Below are positions 9,405 to 16,939 of a stretch of DNA of 64,000 bases, in pieces; within the stretch, counting starts at the first letter, position 1; the number at the start of each line of letters is the position of its first letter. Source of the DNA: a virus (taxonomy: Duplodnaviria > Caudoviricetes); IMG/VR virus record IMGVR_UViG_3300014091_000001, positions 22,392 to 86,391 of that record. One strand, written 5' to 3'. Position numbers and translations under genes: made by a program. Under the pieces are notes generated by a model. The model was not told the DNA's origin, searched no databases, and was given only the letters and a program-made list of their open reading frames with translations.

Positions 9405-10343
9405 ATGGTTACTTCTACCACAGCGCATTTACCAATACCTAAATCATGGGATGAATTTGAGGATATTTGCAAAGATGCTTTTTCTCTTAGATGGAATAGT
9501 CCTGATTTACAAAGGCATGGCCGGTCAGGTCAAAAGCAAGATGGCGTTGACATATATGGTCACGACCATCTTGCTGATTTTGTAGGAATACAGTGTAAGA
9601 ATACGCATTCAGGTATTAATAAATCCGTAATAGATGAAGAAATTTTGAAGGCGGAGAAATTTCGTCCTGAACTTGATGCACTGTACATAGCTACAACCGC
9701 TCCAAGAGACACGGAGATTCAGCGCCATGCGAGAGACGTTTCCGAGGCAAGAAAAAAAGGAAACAAATTTCCAGTAAATGTTGTTTTTTGGGACGATCTA
9801 ACTCTCGATCTGAGTCGAGATGATACAGTTATTAGAAAGCACTTTCCTATGTTTTTTGTGGAAAAAAAGCTTACAAAGGAAGAGCAATTACGCAATAGAG
9901 ACATTTCAAACTTGAAATCGTTATTGAAGTTGATTGAATTTAACGTAACCCTCAGAAGATTAAATAGGGACGCTAAATATATACATCATTTGCTAGTCGA
10001 AGAATTTCATAACGTACTCAATTTACGCCTTTCGTCTGTGTTTTATCTTAATGATAAAAAGCTTATGAAAATGATAGATGATATGATTTTAGAGTGGTGG
10101 GAGCTCCACCATTTATGCGGCAAGGCGCCATATGATTATATTGATCATATCTCTGCTTTTTCTTTTACCATGCCCGGCGATATCTGTCGCAATAAAGAAG
10201 AGGATGCCTTGTATGAGCAAATTTCTAACCAAATGAAAACACTAATGAAATCTATCACTTCTTTTTGCGATTTTCTTCATTCAAATTACCATGAGATTGA
10301 TTTGAACATTACCAATCTTGAAGCACAAAGATTTTATAGCTGA
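9405..10343 (+). CDS. PD-(D/E)XK (Mrr-like) endonuclease domain fused to an unknown C-terminal domain; candidate defence gene
   Basis: PKSWDEFEDIC..GRSGQKQDGVDIYG..GIQCK; AT-rich relative to the flanks. Confidence 0.7.
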   Translation: MVTSTTAHLPIPKSWDEFEDICKDAFSLRWNSPDLQRHGRSGQKQDGVDIYGHDHLADFVGIQCKNTHSGINKSVIDEEILKAEKFRPELDALYIATTAPRDTEIQRHARDVSEARKKGNKFPVNVVFWDDLTLDLSRDDTVIRKHFPMFFVEKKLTKEEQLRNRDISNLKSLLKLIEFNVTLRRLNRDAKYIHHLLVEEFHNVLNLRLSSVFYLNDKKLMKMIDDMILEWWELHHLCGKAPYDYIDHISAFSFTMPGDICRNKEEDALYEQISNQMKTLMKSITSFCDFLHSNYHEIDLNITNLEAQRFYS

Positions 10344-10359
10344 ACCGGTTATAAACGCA

Positions 10360-10385
10360 GGGAGGCGCTTCTTGCCTCCCTCTTT
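10360..10385 (+). terminator. Intrinsic terminator after the nuclease gene
   Basis: GGGAGGC-N7-GCCTCCC followed by TCTTT. Confidence 0.6.
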
Positions 10386-10463
10386 ACTATTACAGTATTA
10401 CTGTATTACTGTGTTAGCGCCATATTGTAATCGTTACGCAACATATTACGTTCGTTACACTGC
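10383..10463. repeat. 8 bp-period TAC(A/T)GTAT repeat array, candidate centromere of the ParFG-like system
   Basis: TTTACTAT TACAGTAT TACTGTAT TACTGTGT then degenerate copies; same unit occurs upstream of parA (13843-13866). Confidence 0.5.
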
Positions 10464-10714
10464 TCTACCGCGTCATAGAGCGTTTCAGTGTATGCCGGAT
10501 ATAGCTCCAGATATTCAGGGCTATCCTCTGGTATCAGACACGGCTGGTAAGGCATCGGCTGGCTTTTGGGAAGTGTTACCACCTTCGTTGTTGTTATGAC
10601 TTTTGGTGTTGATGTGTTTTGCTCGTTCGCGCTGCATCCTGACAATATTATCAGGCACACGAAGATTTTGAAGGCCCGCGCGCTTAATTTCGGTTGTGAT
10701 GCTAATGATGGCAT
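10406..10714 (-). CDS. Outer-membrane spanin lipoprotein (Rz1-like; P1 Mlp analogue)
   Basis: Lipobox LSGC after a hydrophobic stretch, Pro-rich mature part, overlaps the 3' end of the i-spanin gene. Confidence 0.7.
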   Translation of the reverse strand: MPSLASQPKLSARAFKIFVCLIILSGCSANEQNTSTPKVITTTKVVTLPKSQPMPYQPCLIPEDSPEYLELYPAYTETLYDAVEQCNERNMLRNDYNMALTQ

Positions 10715-11033
10715 TTCGGCTTTCCTCGCTCAGTTTTGATAGCCTGGCTTCCAGTTCGTTTTGTTTTTGAATATGTGATTGCAGAGCCGTATCACGCTCT
10801 TTGAGCGTGGTTTCGAGTACGCCGATGTGGTCCTGCTGCTGAGCCAGGGAACTTGTCAACGTGGTTATTTGCTCCTTCTGAGACGCGTTTTCTTCGTCCA
10901 GAGCCTTTTTGTCTCCTTCAAGGCTGGCAACGTACTCAAAGTGGTTCGTTATGCTGCTGTATGCCTGAATAAGCGCGTAGCTGAACACCGCCAGGACGAT
11001 TGCCACCAGCGGCGCTTTAACTCCTGAAAACAT
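10521..11033 (-). CDS. Inner-membrane spanin (Rz-like; P1 UpfA analogue)
   Basis: N-terminal TM helix followed by a long coiled coil; overlapped by the lipoprotein gene. Confidence 0.7.
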   Translation of the reverse strand: MFSGVKAPLVAIVLAVFSYALIQAYSSITNHFEYVASLEGDKKALDEENASQKEQITTLTSSLAQQQDHIGVLETTLKERDTALQSHIQKQNELEARLSKLSEESRNAIISITTEIKRAGLQNLRVPDNIVRMQRERAKHINTKSHNNNEGGNTSQKPADALPAVSDTRG

Positions 11034-11042
11034 ATGTCACTC

Positions 11043-11846
11043 CTATTTCAATGCGTCGATAACGCCTGGTGGCATGATCGCGGCAATAGCCGGGGCCATA
11101 ATGGGATCAGCCGCCAGCCCGACTGTTAACGTAATTGCGACGGCATTGTTTAACGACTTCTTGGCCGTGGCAGTTGCCTGGTTTACCTGGTTTGTGTAAT
11201 CCACAGTTAAGCCGGTATGTTGATTTAGTGATGAAAACAGCCCGTCCAGGGTTTGCGTTGCCACTCGCAGATCGTCAATTTGTTTGGTCGTTAATGGTGG
11301 GGGCGCTCCAGCGCCGCCAGTTCCACCAGCGCCGCCAGTTCCACCAGCGCTGCCACTGCCTGACGTTGTTTCATCTGGCGCCGTAACTACCACGTCATTG
11401 ATTGACTTCATGGCTTTAACCAGGTCAGCGAGGGTTATTGCGTGTAATGCATTACGCAACGCGCGAGTGGTCACTACGTCATTAAGTGCCGCGACAAGAG
11501 GGAAAACCGGAATCGGGTTAAGTCGATTACCCTTCGCGTGGCATTCCCAGCCAATTTTCATCTGTAACAGTTCAGAGGGGGTTAGATAGGGCGTTATCGC
11601 CTTACTGAATCCACCTGCGGCACTGCCAGCCTGCGTTAGCTGGCTGGCGTAACCTGGGATTTTTAAGATGTATTGTGTGATGGTTGAAGGGTAGTCAGCG
11701 CCATCCACCAGCAACGGCTTTAGGGTATTGGCCAGCTCGCTTGCCAGCGTCACGGATTCGCCGCATACCGTAACTGGAATGGGGGTAACTGCACCCTCTG
11801 CATTGAGGATGCAAAACGCAGTAATTTGTTTGTTGTCGTCCAGCAT
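11043..11846 (-). CDS. P1 UpfB-like virion-associated protein with a Gly-rich insert
   Basis: ATG at 11846 overlaps the PAAR stop (TAATG), so the 11945 start is probably too long; position between PAAR and spanins as in P1. Confidence 0.6.
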   Translation of the reverse strand: MLDDNKQITAFCILNAEGAVTPIPVTVCGESVTLASELANTLKPLLVDGADYPSTITQYILKIPGYASQLTQAGSAAGGFSKAITPYLTPSELLQMKIGWECHAKGNRLNPIPVFPLVAALNDVVTTRALRNALHAITLADLVKAMKSINDVVVTAPDETTSGSGSAGGTGGAGGTGGAGAPPPLTTKQIDDLRVATQTLDGLFSSLNQHTGLTVDYTNQVNQATATAKKSLNNAVAITLTVGLAADPIMAPAIAAIMPPGVIDALK

Positions 11847-12130
11847 TAGACCACCTGAAAAAATGGATCGCCGGTTGCGACGACTGAACCGCAAGAAACC
11901 GGGTCCGAAACACACACAATGGGTTTCCCGTTCACCGTAAACCACGGGCGGGTAGATACGGCTACGCCGCTATGGGATGAATTACCGTCTGAATGGTCCG
12001 GGAACAGGTTTCCGTCCACCAGCACTGCCTTGCCATTAATTTTCAGAAATGGTTCCGCCTCAGCGGTTTTCCGTGGCGGGAATCCGCCATGCCCGGAACA
12101 GATTGAGTCGATAGTTCCTGCTGCGCTCAT
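11846..12130 (-). CDS. PAAR spike-tip protein (P1 UpfC-like)
   Basis: CSGHGGFPP, INGKAV..DG, H..H, VNGKPI..V.DPVSCGS: PAAR signature. Confidence 0.88.
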   Translation of the reverse strand: MSAAGTIDSICSGHGGFPPRKTAEAEPFLKINGKAVLVDGNLFPDHSDGNSSHSGVAVSTRPWFTVNGKPIVCVSDPVSCGSVVATGDPFFQVV

Positions 12131-12156
12131 AGTGCCTCCTGAAAAGATTCAGGGGC

Positions 12157-12178
12157 AGGATAGGGGGTTTGTGATTTG
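12157..12178 (-). promoter_or_regulatory. Candidate late promoter (CAAATCACAAA-N5-TATCCT) upstream of PAAR-upfB-spanin operon
   Basis: Shared motif with 552-573 and 24456-24477. Confidence 0.55.
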
Positions 12179-12181
12179 GGC

Positions 12182-12211
12182 AAAAAAAAACCCCGCCGGA
12201 TAGCGGGGTTT
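12182..12211 (-). terminator. Intrinsic terminator after the HTH antitoxin
   Basis: CCCCGC/GCGGGG stem with a 9-nt U tract on the minus strand. Confidence 0.75.
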
Positions 12212-12214
12212 GTA

Positions 12215-12589
12215 TTAGTTCAGCGTCAGTTGGCTGGGGCGGCAATCGTATAACTCTGCCAACTTTTCCAGTGTGGCAGAACGGGGATTAGCTGATTTCT
12301 CCAGTTGAGAAATAGCGGATTGTTTGACGCCCAGCTTTTCCGCTACATCAGCCTGTGACAGACGGCGAAAGATACGCCAGGCTGCTTGTAGCGTAACTTG
12401 GTTATCCACCATGATGCTTATCACATCATGTGGAACGGTTTCATCATCATTGTCTCCGCTGGCAAAAGGAATAGATTGATAGTCCTCGTCACGATCAGCG
12501 GCATTCAACAAGTCTTGATACATTTCAATAGGAAGAACAACGGAGGTGCGATTTCCTTGTTCATCAAACATGTACTGTATCTTTTGCAT
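12215..12589 (-). CDS. Xre/HigA-type HTH antitoxin
   Basis: RTSVVLPIEMY..L N-terminus; LQAAWRIFRRLSQADVAEKLGVKQSAISQLE cro/C1-type HTH; downstream of a RelE-like gene. Confidence 0.8.
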   Translation of the reverse strand: MQKIQYMFDEQGNRTSVVLPIEMYQDLLNAADRDEDYQSIPFASGDNDDETVPHDVISIMVDNQVTLQAAWRIFRRLSQADVAEKLGVKQSAISQLEKSANPRSATLEKLAELYDCRPSQLTLN

Positions 12590-12741
12590 AATCTCTAATC
12601 TCTAGTATTCAAAGTATTCACGATAGTCTTTGATAGTCGTTTCAGGGTTTAGATACTCATTATGGGTATTACATTAAAATTTCATGGATAACTTACTTTT
12701 TAAAGATAGAGTTTTTTCAATACAGGATTATGGTTAATTTC

Positions 12742-12779
12742 AGTCAGAAGTGGGGGGGAAGCCCCCCCAACTTCTGACT
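12742..12779. other. Long GC hairpin immediately after the RelE toxin stop
   Basis: AGTCAGAAGT-G7-AAG-C7-AACTTCTGACT; no U tract. Confidence 0.75.
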
Positions 12780-13036
12780 TAGTACGTCTTACTTGTCCTT
12801 CGTAAAACCTCCTGAATCTCAATGATTTTTGGGCCGTTATCAAACTCAAAAATCACCCTGTAATCACCAATCGTGAGTCGATATTTCGAACCCATGTCGG
12901 TGAGTTTTTTTATATCCAGATTTACCGAAGGGAAGCCGGTAAGCATGGCTACCTTGTCCTTCACGGTTTTTTGATATCTGGTATCTATTTTCGAGAGCTG
13001 TTTAATGGCTCTTTGAGTCCAGTTTACCTTAACCAT
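12779..13036 (-). CDS. RelE/HigB-family toxin
   Basis: VNWTQRAIKQLSKI, DIKKL, YRLTIGDYRVIF, IIEIQEVLRR: RelE pattern. Confidence 0.88.
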   Translation of the reverse strand: MVKVNWTQRAIKQLSKIDTRYQKTVKDKVAMLTGFPSVNLDIKKLTDMGSKYRLTIGDYRVIFEFDNGPKIIEIQEVLRRTSKTY

Positions 13037-13255
13037 AAGTCCCCATTTTTAAAGAGCTTATCCACAAGGGATGTATGTAATATAAGTCTTTATACTTATA
13101 ACGTCAAGATAGAATCTTATGTTTTTATAAGTGTTTCGGCTCGCCTATCATTTGTGTGATGTAAGTGCAACTCTACGATTCTGAAAGTGAATAGGCCTTG
13201 CAATATGAAGGCCAATTGTTATTCTTTGCGCCGCAGGTCACATTACCTGTCGGGC

Positions 13256-13279
13256 GTGGAAACCCGGAAAAGCAAAAGA
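13256..13279 (+). promoter_or_regulatory. C4 target sites a1 (GTGGAAA) and b1 (GCAAAAGA)
   Basis: Exactly complementary to TTTCCAC (13415-13421) and TCTTTTGC (13400-13407) in the downstream C4-like RNA. Confidence 0.75.
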
Positions 13280-13356
13280 CGGTTCAGAGCGTCAGAAATG
13301 ACAGCTGCTCTGTACCGTAGCGTCAGCGCACCCAAAAAACGGCTAATGCCGTTCGA

Positions 13357-13440
13357 ATTATGGTGGCGCTGGCAGGGCAGCTTACGGGCTGGCCGGTATT
13401 CTTTTGCGCCGGTATTTCCACTCCTGTCAGTGTCACCACC
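13357..13440 (+). ncRNA. C4-type antisense RNA
   Basis: ATTATGGTGGCGCTGGCAGGGCAGC..GCTGGCCGGT-loop-GCCGGT..CCTGTCAGTGTCACCACC closely follows the P1/P7 C4 fold; followed by CCGGTGGTGA (13461-13470), an alternative partner for TCACCACC. Confidence 0.8.
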
Positions 13441-13497
13441 ATTTTCCGTAAAGTAACTTCCCGGTGGTGATAGCAATACCAAACGAGGGATTTTACC

Positions 13498-13761
13498 GTG
13501 TCTTATCTTGCCCCTATCCTTGCCCCCATCTTACACCCCTTAGTTGCGTCCTCCGGCGATACCGGCTTAGACATGAATGCGGCAATTACTGGCCTCTTTC
13601 ATGGGTACAATTCTGAATATTGCCGCCGCCAATGCTGGACACCTGCTGAACATGTGACCCTTGAAGGGGAACAGATGGTATTCAATGACGCTGCTGGTGG
13701 AATGACAGCTTATCTCCCATCTGTAGCTGATCTACTCGCGCTGGATTGGATTCTGGTATAG
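13498..13761 (+). CDS. Tad2/DUF2829-like small protein
   Basis: LDMNAAITGL..YCRRQCW..AYLPSVADLLALDWILV parallels the DUF2829 pattern (F.EAL..LK.G..V.R.GW ... W.PSQTD.LAEDW); GTG start with GAGGG RBS. Confidence 0.6.
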   Translation: MSYLAPILAPILHPLVASSGDTGLDMNAAITGLFHGYNSEYCRRQCWTPAEHVTLEGEQMVFNDAAGGMTAYLPSVADLLALDWILV

Positions 13762-13806
13762 CCCCCACAAAACAGTAAATCCTGATCTCTGTCATACAAA
13801 AATGCA

Positions 13807-13870
13807 TTGCCAACCTAATACTGTCACATCATAATCTTGTACTACTGTATTACACTATTACAATGTGACA
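13807..13870 (+). promoter_or_regulatory. parA promoter with operator repeats
   Basis: TTGCCA(13807)-N17-CATAAT(13830); TACTGTAT TACACTAT TACAATGT at 13843-13866; TGTCACA/TGTGACA inverted pair. Confidence 0.6.
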
Positions 13871-13889
13871 GGCTTAACGGGGGGAGTGA

Positions 13890-14516
13890 ATGATAGTACT
13901 GCTGGGTTCACAAAAGGGCGGCGTAGGGAAATCAACGCTGGCCGTCAGTATTGCCGCTTATCTAATGGAGTTAGGTAAAACAGTTATTATTGTTGATGCC
14001 GACGATCAGAAATCAGCATTAACCTGGTATAACAACCGGGACGAAAACATGCCTCGCCTGCCTGTAGTTGCAGCTACCGGCAATATTAAAAATACCCTTA
14101 TCGAAATGGACAGGCATTACGATTTTGTCATTGCTGATAGCGCCGGACGCGATAGCTCTGAGCTCCGCTCTGGCCTGCTGGCTGCTGACATTTTCCTGTC
14201 ACCCCTCCGCCCCTCTCAGATGGATCTTGATGTGGTTCCGCATACGTGCGAGGTGTTCACCACGGCGAAAGACTTTAACGAGAAAGTTAAGGGTTATCTG
14301 GTTCTCAACATGACACCAACAAATATGTTTGTGAATGAAGGGAATCTGGCGTCGGAAGTTCTGAAAGACTTCCCGGCTATGATGCAGGCTGAGACGCGCG
14401 TTTGCGATCGCAAAGTTTTTCGTGATACCTGGGCAACCAGTACCACTATTTTTGAAGCCGAAAACGAAAAGGCAAAAGAAGAGATTCGCAATCTGGTTAA
14501 TGAGGTGATTTTGTGA
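13890..14516 (+). CDS. parA: Type Ib (ParF-like) Walker-box partition ATPase
   Basis: QKGGVGKST deviant Walker A, DADDQ, IADSAG; 208 aa with no N-terminal HTH. Confidence 0.93.
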   Translation: MIVLLGSQKGGVGKSTLAVSIAAYLMELGKTVIIVDADDQKSALTWYNNRDENMPRLPVVAATGNIKNTLIEMDRHYDFVIADSAGRDSSELRSGLLAADIFLSPLRPSQMDLDVVPHTCEVFTTAKDFNEKVKGYLVLNMTPTNMFVNEGNLASEVLKDFPAMMQAETRVCDRKVFRDTWATSTTIFEAENEKAKEEIRNLVNEVIL

Positions 14517-14812
14517 GAAATCGAAGCCACACCCCACCGCCGCCGCGTGACGAAGACGAATTTATTAAGCTTGGGACAGCCTCCCAGCCAGTTGCTACCG
14601 CTGGTGGCGCTAAAGCCCGAACAAAAACGTTCCCTGTTACCGTGTCACTGACAGAAGCCAACCTGAACGATGTGAAAACACACCTCCAGTACGCTGCTGT
14701 ACAAGGTGAAGTGAGCATGTCGCGTACTGACGTCATGAAGGCGGGATTACTGGCGCTAAAAGAGTTTACGCCAGAACAGATACTGGAATTTATGCGTAAA
14801 GTAAAAGTTTAA
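14513..14812 (+). CDS. ParG-like ribbon-helix-helix centromere-binding protein
   Basis: Small ORF overlapping parA stop; flexible N-terminus, then TFPVTVSL..SRTDVMKAGLLAL. Confidence 0.65.
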   Translation: MRNRSHTPPPPRDEDEFIKLGTASQPVATAGGAKARTKTFPVTVSLTEANLNDVKTHLQYAAVQGEVSMSRTDVMKAGLLALKEFTPEQILEFMRKVKV

Positions 14813-14838
14813 AAAAGGCCGCGTATGCGGCCTTGTTT
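14812..14838. terminator. Bidirectional terminator between par and dmt
   Basis: AAGGCCGC-GTAT-GCGGCCTT flanked by A and T runs. Confidence 0.7.
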
Positions 14839-14923
14839 GCTTGAAATTCTCTACGGTCTGCGGTCGCCTGAAACTGAGGACGTAAGAGCCAGCGTTTAGC
14901 GATCTGGTTTAAATCGGCATGTT

Positions 14924-16939
14924 TCATTGGAGTACCCCGATAATATCTAAAGCCAGCTCACGTTTATCGCCTTTGCACGACATTGAGCGCCGCGCAAACA
15001 GGTCACGCACGTTAAAACCGGCCTTTGTGTACGCCTCAATCAACGCCGGATGCCCTGAGTTAGTTACCACTACTCGCGCGCCGCGCTGGTGAGCCGCAAC
15101 CATCTCATTCAGCAACTGCCAGTGATGCTCATCGGTAAACGGCTCCTGGGTGTATTGTGTGAATCCTGTAGTTTCGGGAAGGGACATATACGGCGGATCG
15201 CAAAAAACAACATCATCTTTTCCCGCCAGGCGGATAGTGTCCACGAACGAGCGGCAAGCGAACTCGCAAAGGTGTGCCATCGCACTGAATGCCACCAGCT
15301 CGGCCTCGGGGAAATATGGCGCTTTGTATTTGCCATACGAGGTATTGAACTCGCCTTTTTTGTTGTAACGCGTAAGCCCGTTAAATGCGTGTCGGTTCAG
15401 GTACAGAAACGCTGCTGCCCGCTCCACAGATGTATAATGCATGCTATTGAAATGGCTTTTGATATCTTTGAAAGCGCTATTGGTATTTTGGGTTTGAAAC
15501 ATCAGGCGGGCTTTATCAATGACTGCTCCAGGTCTTTGCTGCAATGTTTGGTAAAGACAAATCAGATCAGCGCCGGTATCGCCCAAAATGTACCGCTCAA
15601 AGCCTGGTGCATTCATAAAAATTGAACCTGCCCCTACAAACGGTTCAATCAGGCGTTTACCGCCGCCAACAGAGGGCAGAATCTGGTCAAGCTGAGATGA
15701 TTTGCCGCCAGCCCATTTAAGGAAAGGCCTGTTACGCTCAGGCTTGTTGCTGGTGGCCGGTGCCTTACGTGAAGGCCGTACCGGTACTGGAGTGTCAGTC
15801 ATAATTGAAGCCCTAAGAGCATGAGTGATTCGTTTCATGAGCCAGCGCATAATCGGCACGGCCATCGAGTTACCAATTGCTTTGTAGCGGGGGCCATCAG
15901 TTGCCGGTTTCCCCTTATAAAGAACATTGGTGTGGTAGTCGGGGAAGCCCTGCAATCGCTCGCACTCAAGCGGCGTGAGTCGGCGAACCTTTAAACGAGG
16001 TATGGCATCAGAGCGGTAAGGGAAGGTGATAAATGTTTCAGTATCAAAGTCGATGCGCTGGTTACTGGTAGTCAGAGTTGTAGAAACTCTGATTGCACCT
16101 CCTGTATTACCCCCACCAAAAGCGATCGGCGTTAGTCCTCCTGAAAAGGGGTTGTTACCCCTTCGGTGAGCACACGATGTAGCAGTGCGGGTAACGTTCG
16201 ATTCCGGTTTGTGGCTCGGCGAAGTAGCCCTTCGCATGCTTTCGAACTCAGTAAGTACCTTGATGGGATCGAATCCGTTTCGAGCACTTGCGATAACGAA
16301 ACAACGTCTGCGTCGTTGGGCCACTCCGAAAAATTGGGCATCGAGTAACCGCCAGGCAACGGCGCGCTGCTGTCCATAAGCACCACCAGCGTGGGGCCAT
16401 TTTGCAGTATGGATACGGGCTGTTTTTTTCCATCGCCAGAATTTGCTGTTTTTACCGGCGTCAGGTCGTGAACCAGGTTCGATTGCTTCATCTGCGCCAG
16501 CCAGTCCGGCAATGAAATTTCCAAAGGCATTGTCGTGGCTGGAGAGGACGCCAGGGACGTTTTCCCATACGATGATGCATGGCGATTTTCCCTGGGCTTT
16601 TCTAACGTCGTCAATGGCATTTGCCAGCTCCACAAAGGCTAAAGTTAATTGGCCGCGCGCGTCTGAAAGACCGGTGCGCATACCCATAATGCTGAATGCC
16701 TGGCAGGGTGTGCCGCCTACCAGAATATCGGGCGCTTCTACTTCACCGGCGCGAATCGCGACGGCGATTTTTGTCATATCGCCTAAGTTTGTGACCTGGG
16801 GCCAATGATGCGCCAGTACAGCACACGGGAACGGTTCAATTTCGGCGAACCATGCCGGGCGTAAGCCCATTGATTCCCAGGCTATGCTGGCGGCCTCAAT
16901 ACCACTGCATACCGAACCGTAAGAAAGGGGGGTATTCAT
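14924..16939 (-). CDS. dmt: Dmt-like fused C5-cytosine plus Dam adenine methyltransferase
   Basis: N-terminal SVCSGIEA, GGTPCQAFS, WENVPG, GNSMAV; C-terminal FLKWAGGKS, IEPFVGAGS, FCDPPY. Confidence 0.9.
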   Translation of the reverse strand: MNTPLSYGSVCSGIEAASIAWESMGLRPAWFAEIEPFPCAVLAHHWPQVTNLGDMTKIAVAIRAGEVEAPDILVGGTPCQAFSIMGMRTGLSDARGQLTLAFVELANAIDDVRKAQGKSPCIIVWENVPGVLSSHDNAFGNFIAGLAGADEAIEPGSRPDAGKNSKFWRWKKTARIHTAKWPHAGGAYGQQRAVAWRLLDAQFFGVAQRRRRCFVIASARNGFDPIKVLTEFESMRRATSPSHKPESNVTRTATSCAHRRGNNPFSGGLTPIAFGGGNTGGAIRVSTTLTTSNQRIDFDTETFITFPYRSDAIPRLKVRRLTPLECERLQGFPDYHTNVLYKGKPATDGPRYKAIGNSMAVPIMRWLMKRITHALRASIMTDTPVPVRPSRKAPATSNKPERNRPFLKWAGGKSSQLDQILPSVGGGKRLIEPFVGAGSIFMNAPGFERYILGDTGADLICLYQTLQQRPGAVIDKARLMFQTQNTNSAFKDIKSHFNSMHYTSVERAAAFLYLNRHAFNGLTRYNKKGEFNTSYGKYKAPYFPEAELVAFSAMAHLCEFACRSFVDTIRLAGKDDVVFCDPPYMSLPETTGFTQYTQEPFTDEHHWQLLNEMVAAHQRGARVVVTNSGHPALIEAYTKAGFNVRDLFARRSMSCKGDKRELALDIIGVLQ
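16132..16635 (-). CDS. Alternative-frame beta polypeptide nested in the C5 MTase part of dmt (M.EcoHK31I-beta-like); start uncertain
   Basis: MPNFSEWPNDADVVSLSQVLETDSIPSRYLLSSKACEGLLRRA resembles the alt-frame subunit of split C5 MTases. Confidence 0.6.
   Translation of the reverse strand: MWSWQMPLTTLEKPRENRHASSYGKTSLASSPATTMPLEISLPDWLAQMKQSNLVHDLTPVKTANSGDGKKQPVSILQNGPTLVVLMDSSAPLPGGYSMPNFSEWPNDADVVSLSQVLETDSIPSRYLLSSKACEGLLRRATNRNRTLPALLHRVLTEGVTTPFQED

Noticed and set aside
10391-10414. TACTGTAT repeats as LexA boxes
   Set aside because: Direct repeats without the CTGT-N8-ACAG palindrome; better explained as par-type repeats.
11847-11945. Extended 300-aa start for the UpfB-like ORF
   Set aside because: It overlaps the PAAR gene; a TAATG coupled start at 11846 is more plausible.
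13451-13459. AAGTAACTT as a P1 late operator
   Set aside because: Matches the P1 element but has no properly spaced -10 and lies in the loop of the C4 downstream arm.
13187-13482. 89-aa and 79-aa ORFs over the C4 region
   Set aside because: No clear RBS or motif; the region is better explained as structured RNA. A short Ash-like peptide cannot be fully excluded.
14472-14479. GCAAAAGA in parA as a trans C4 target
   Set aside because: No accompanying a-site (GTGGAAA); an 8-mer match is expected by chance.
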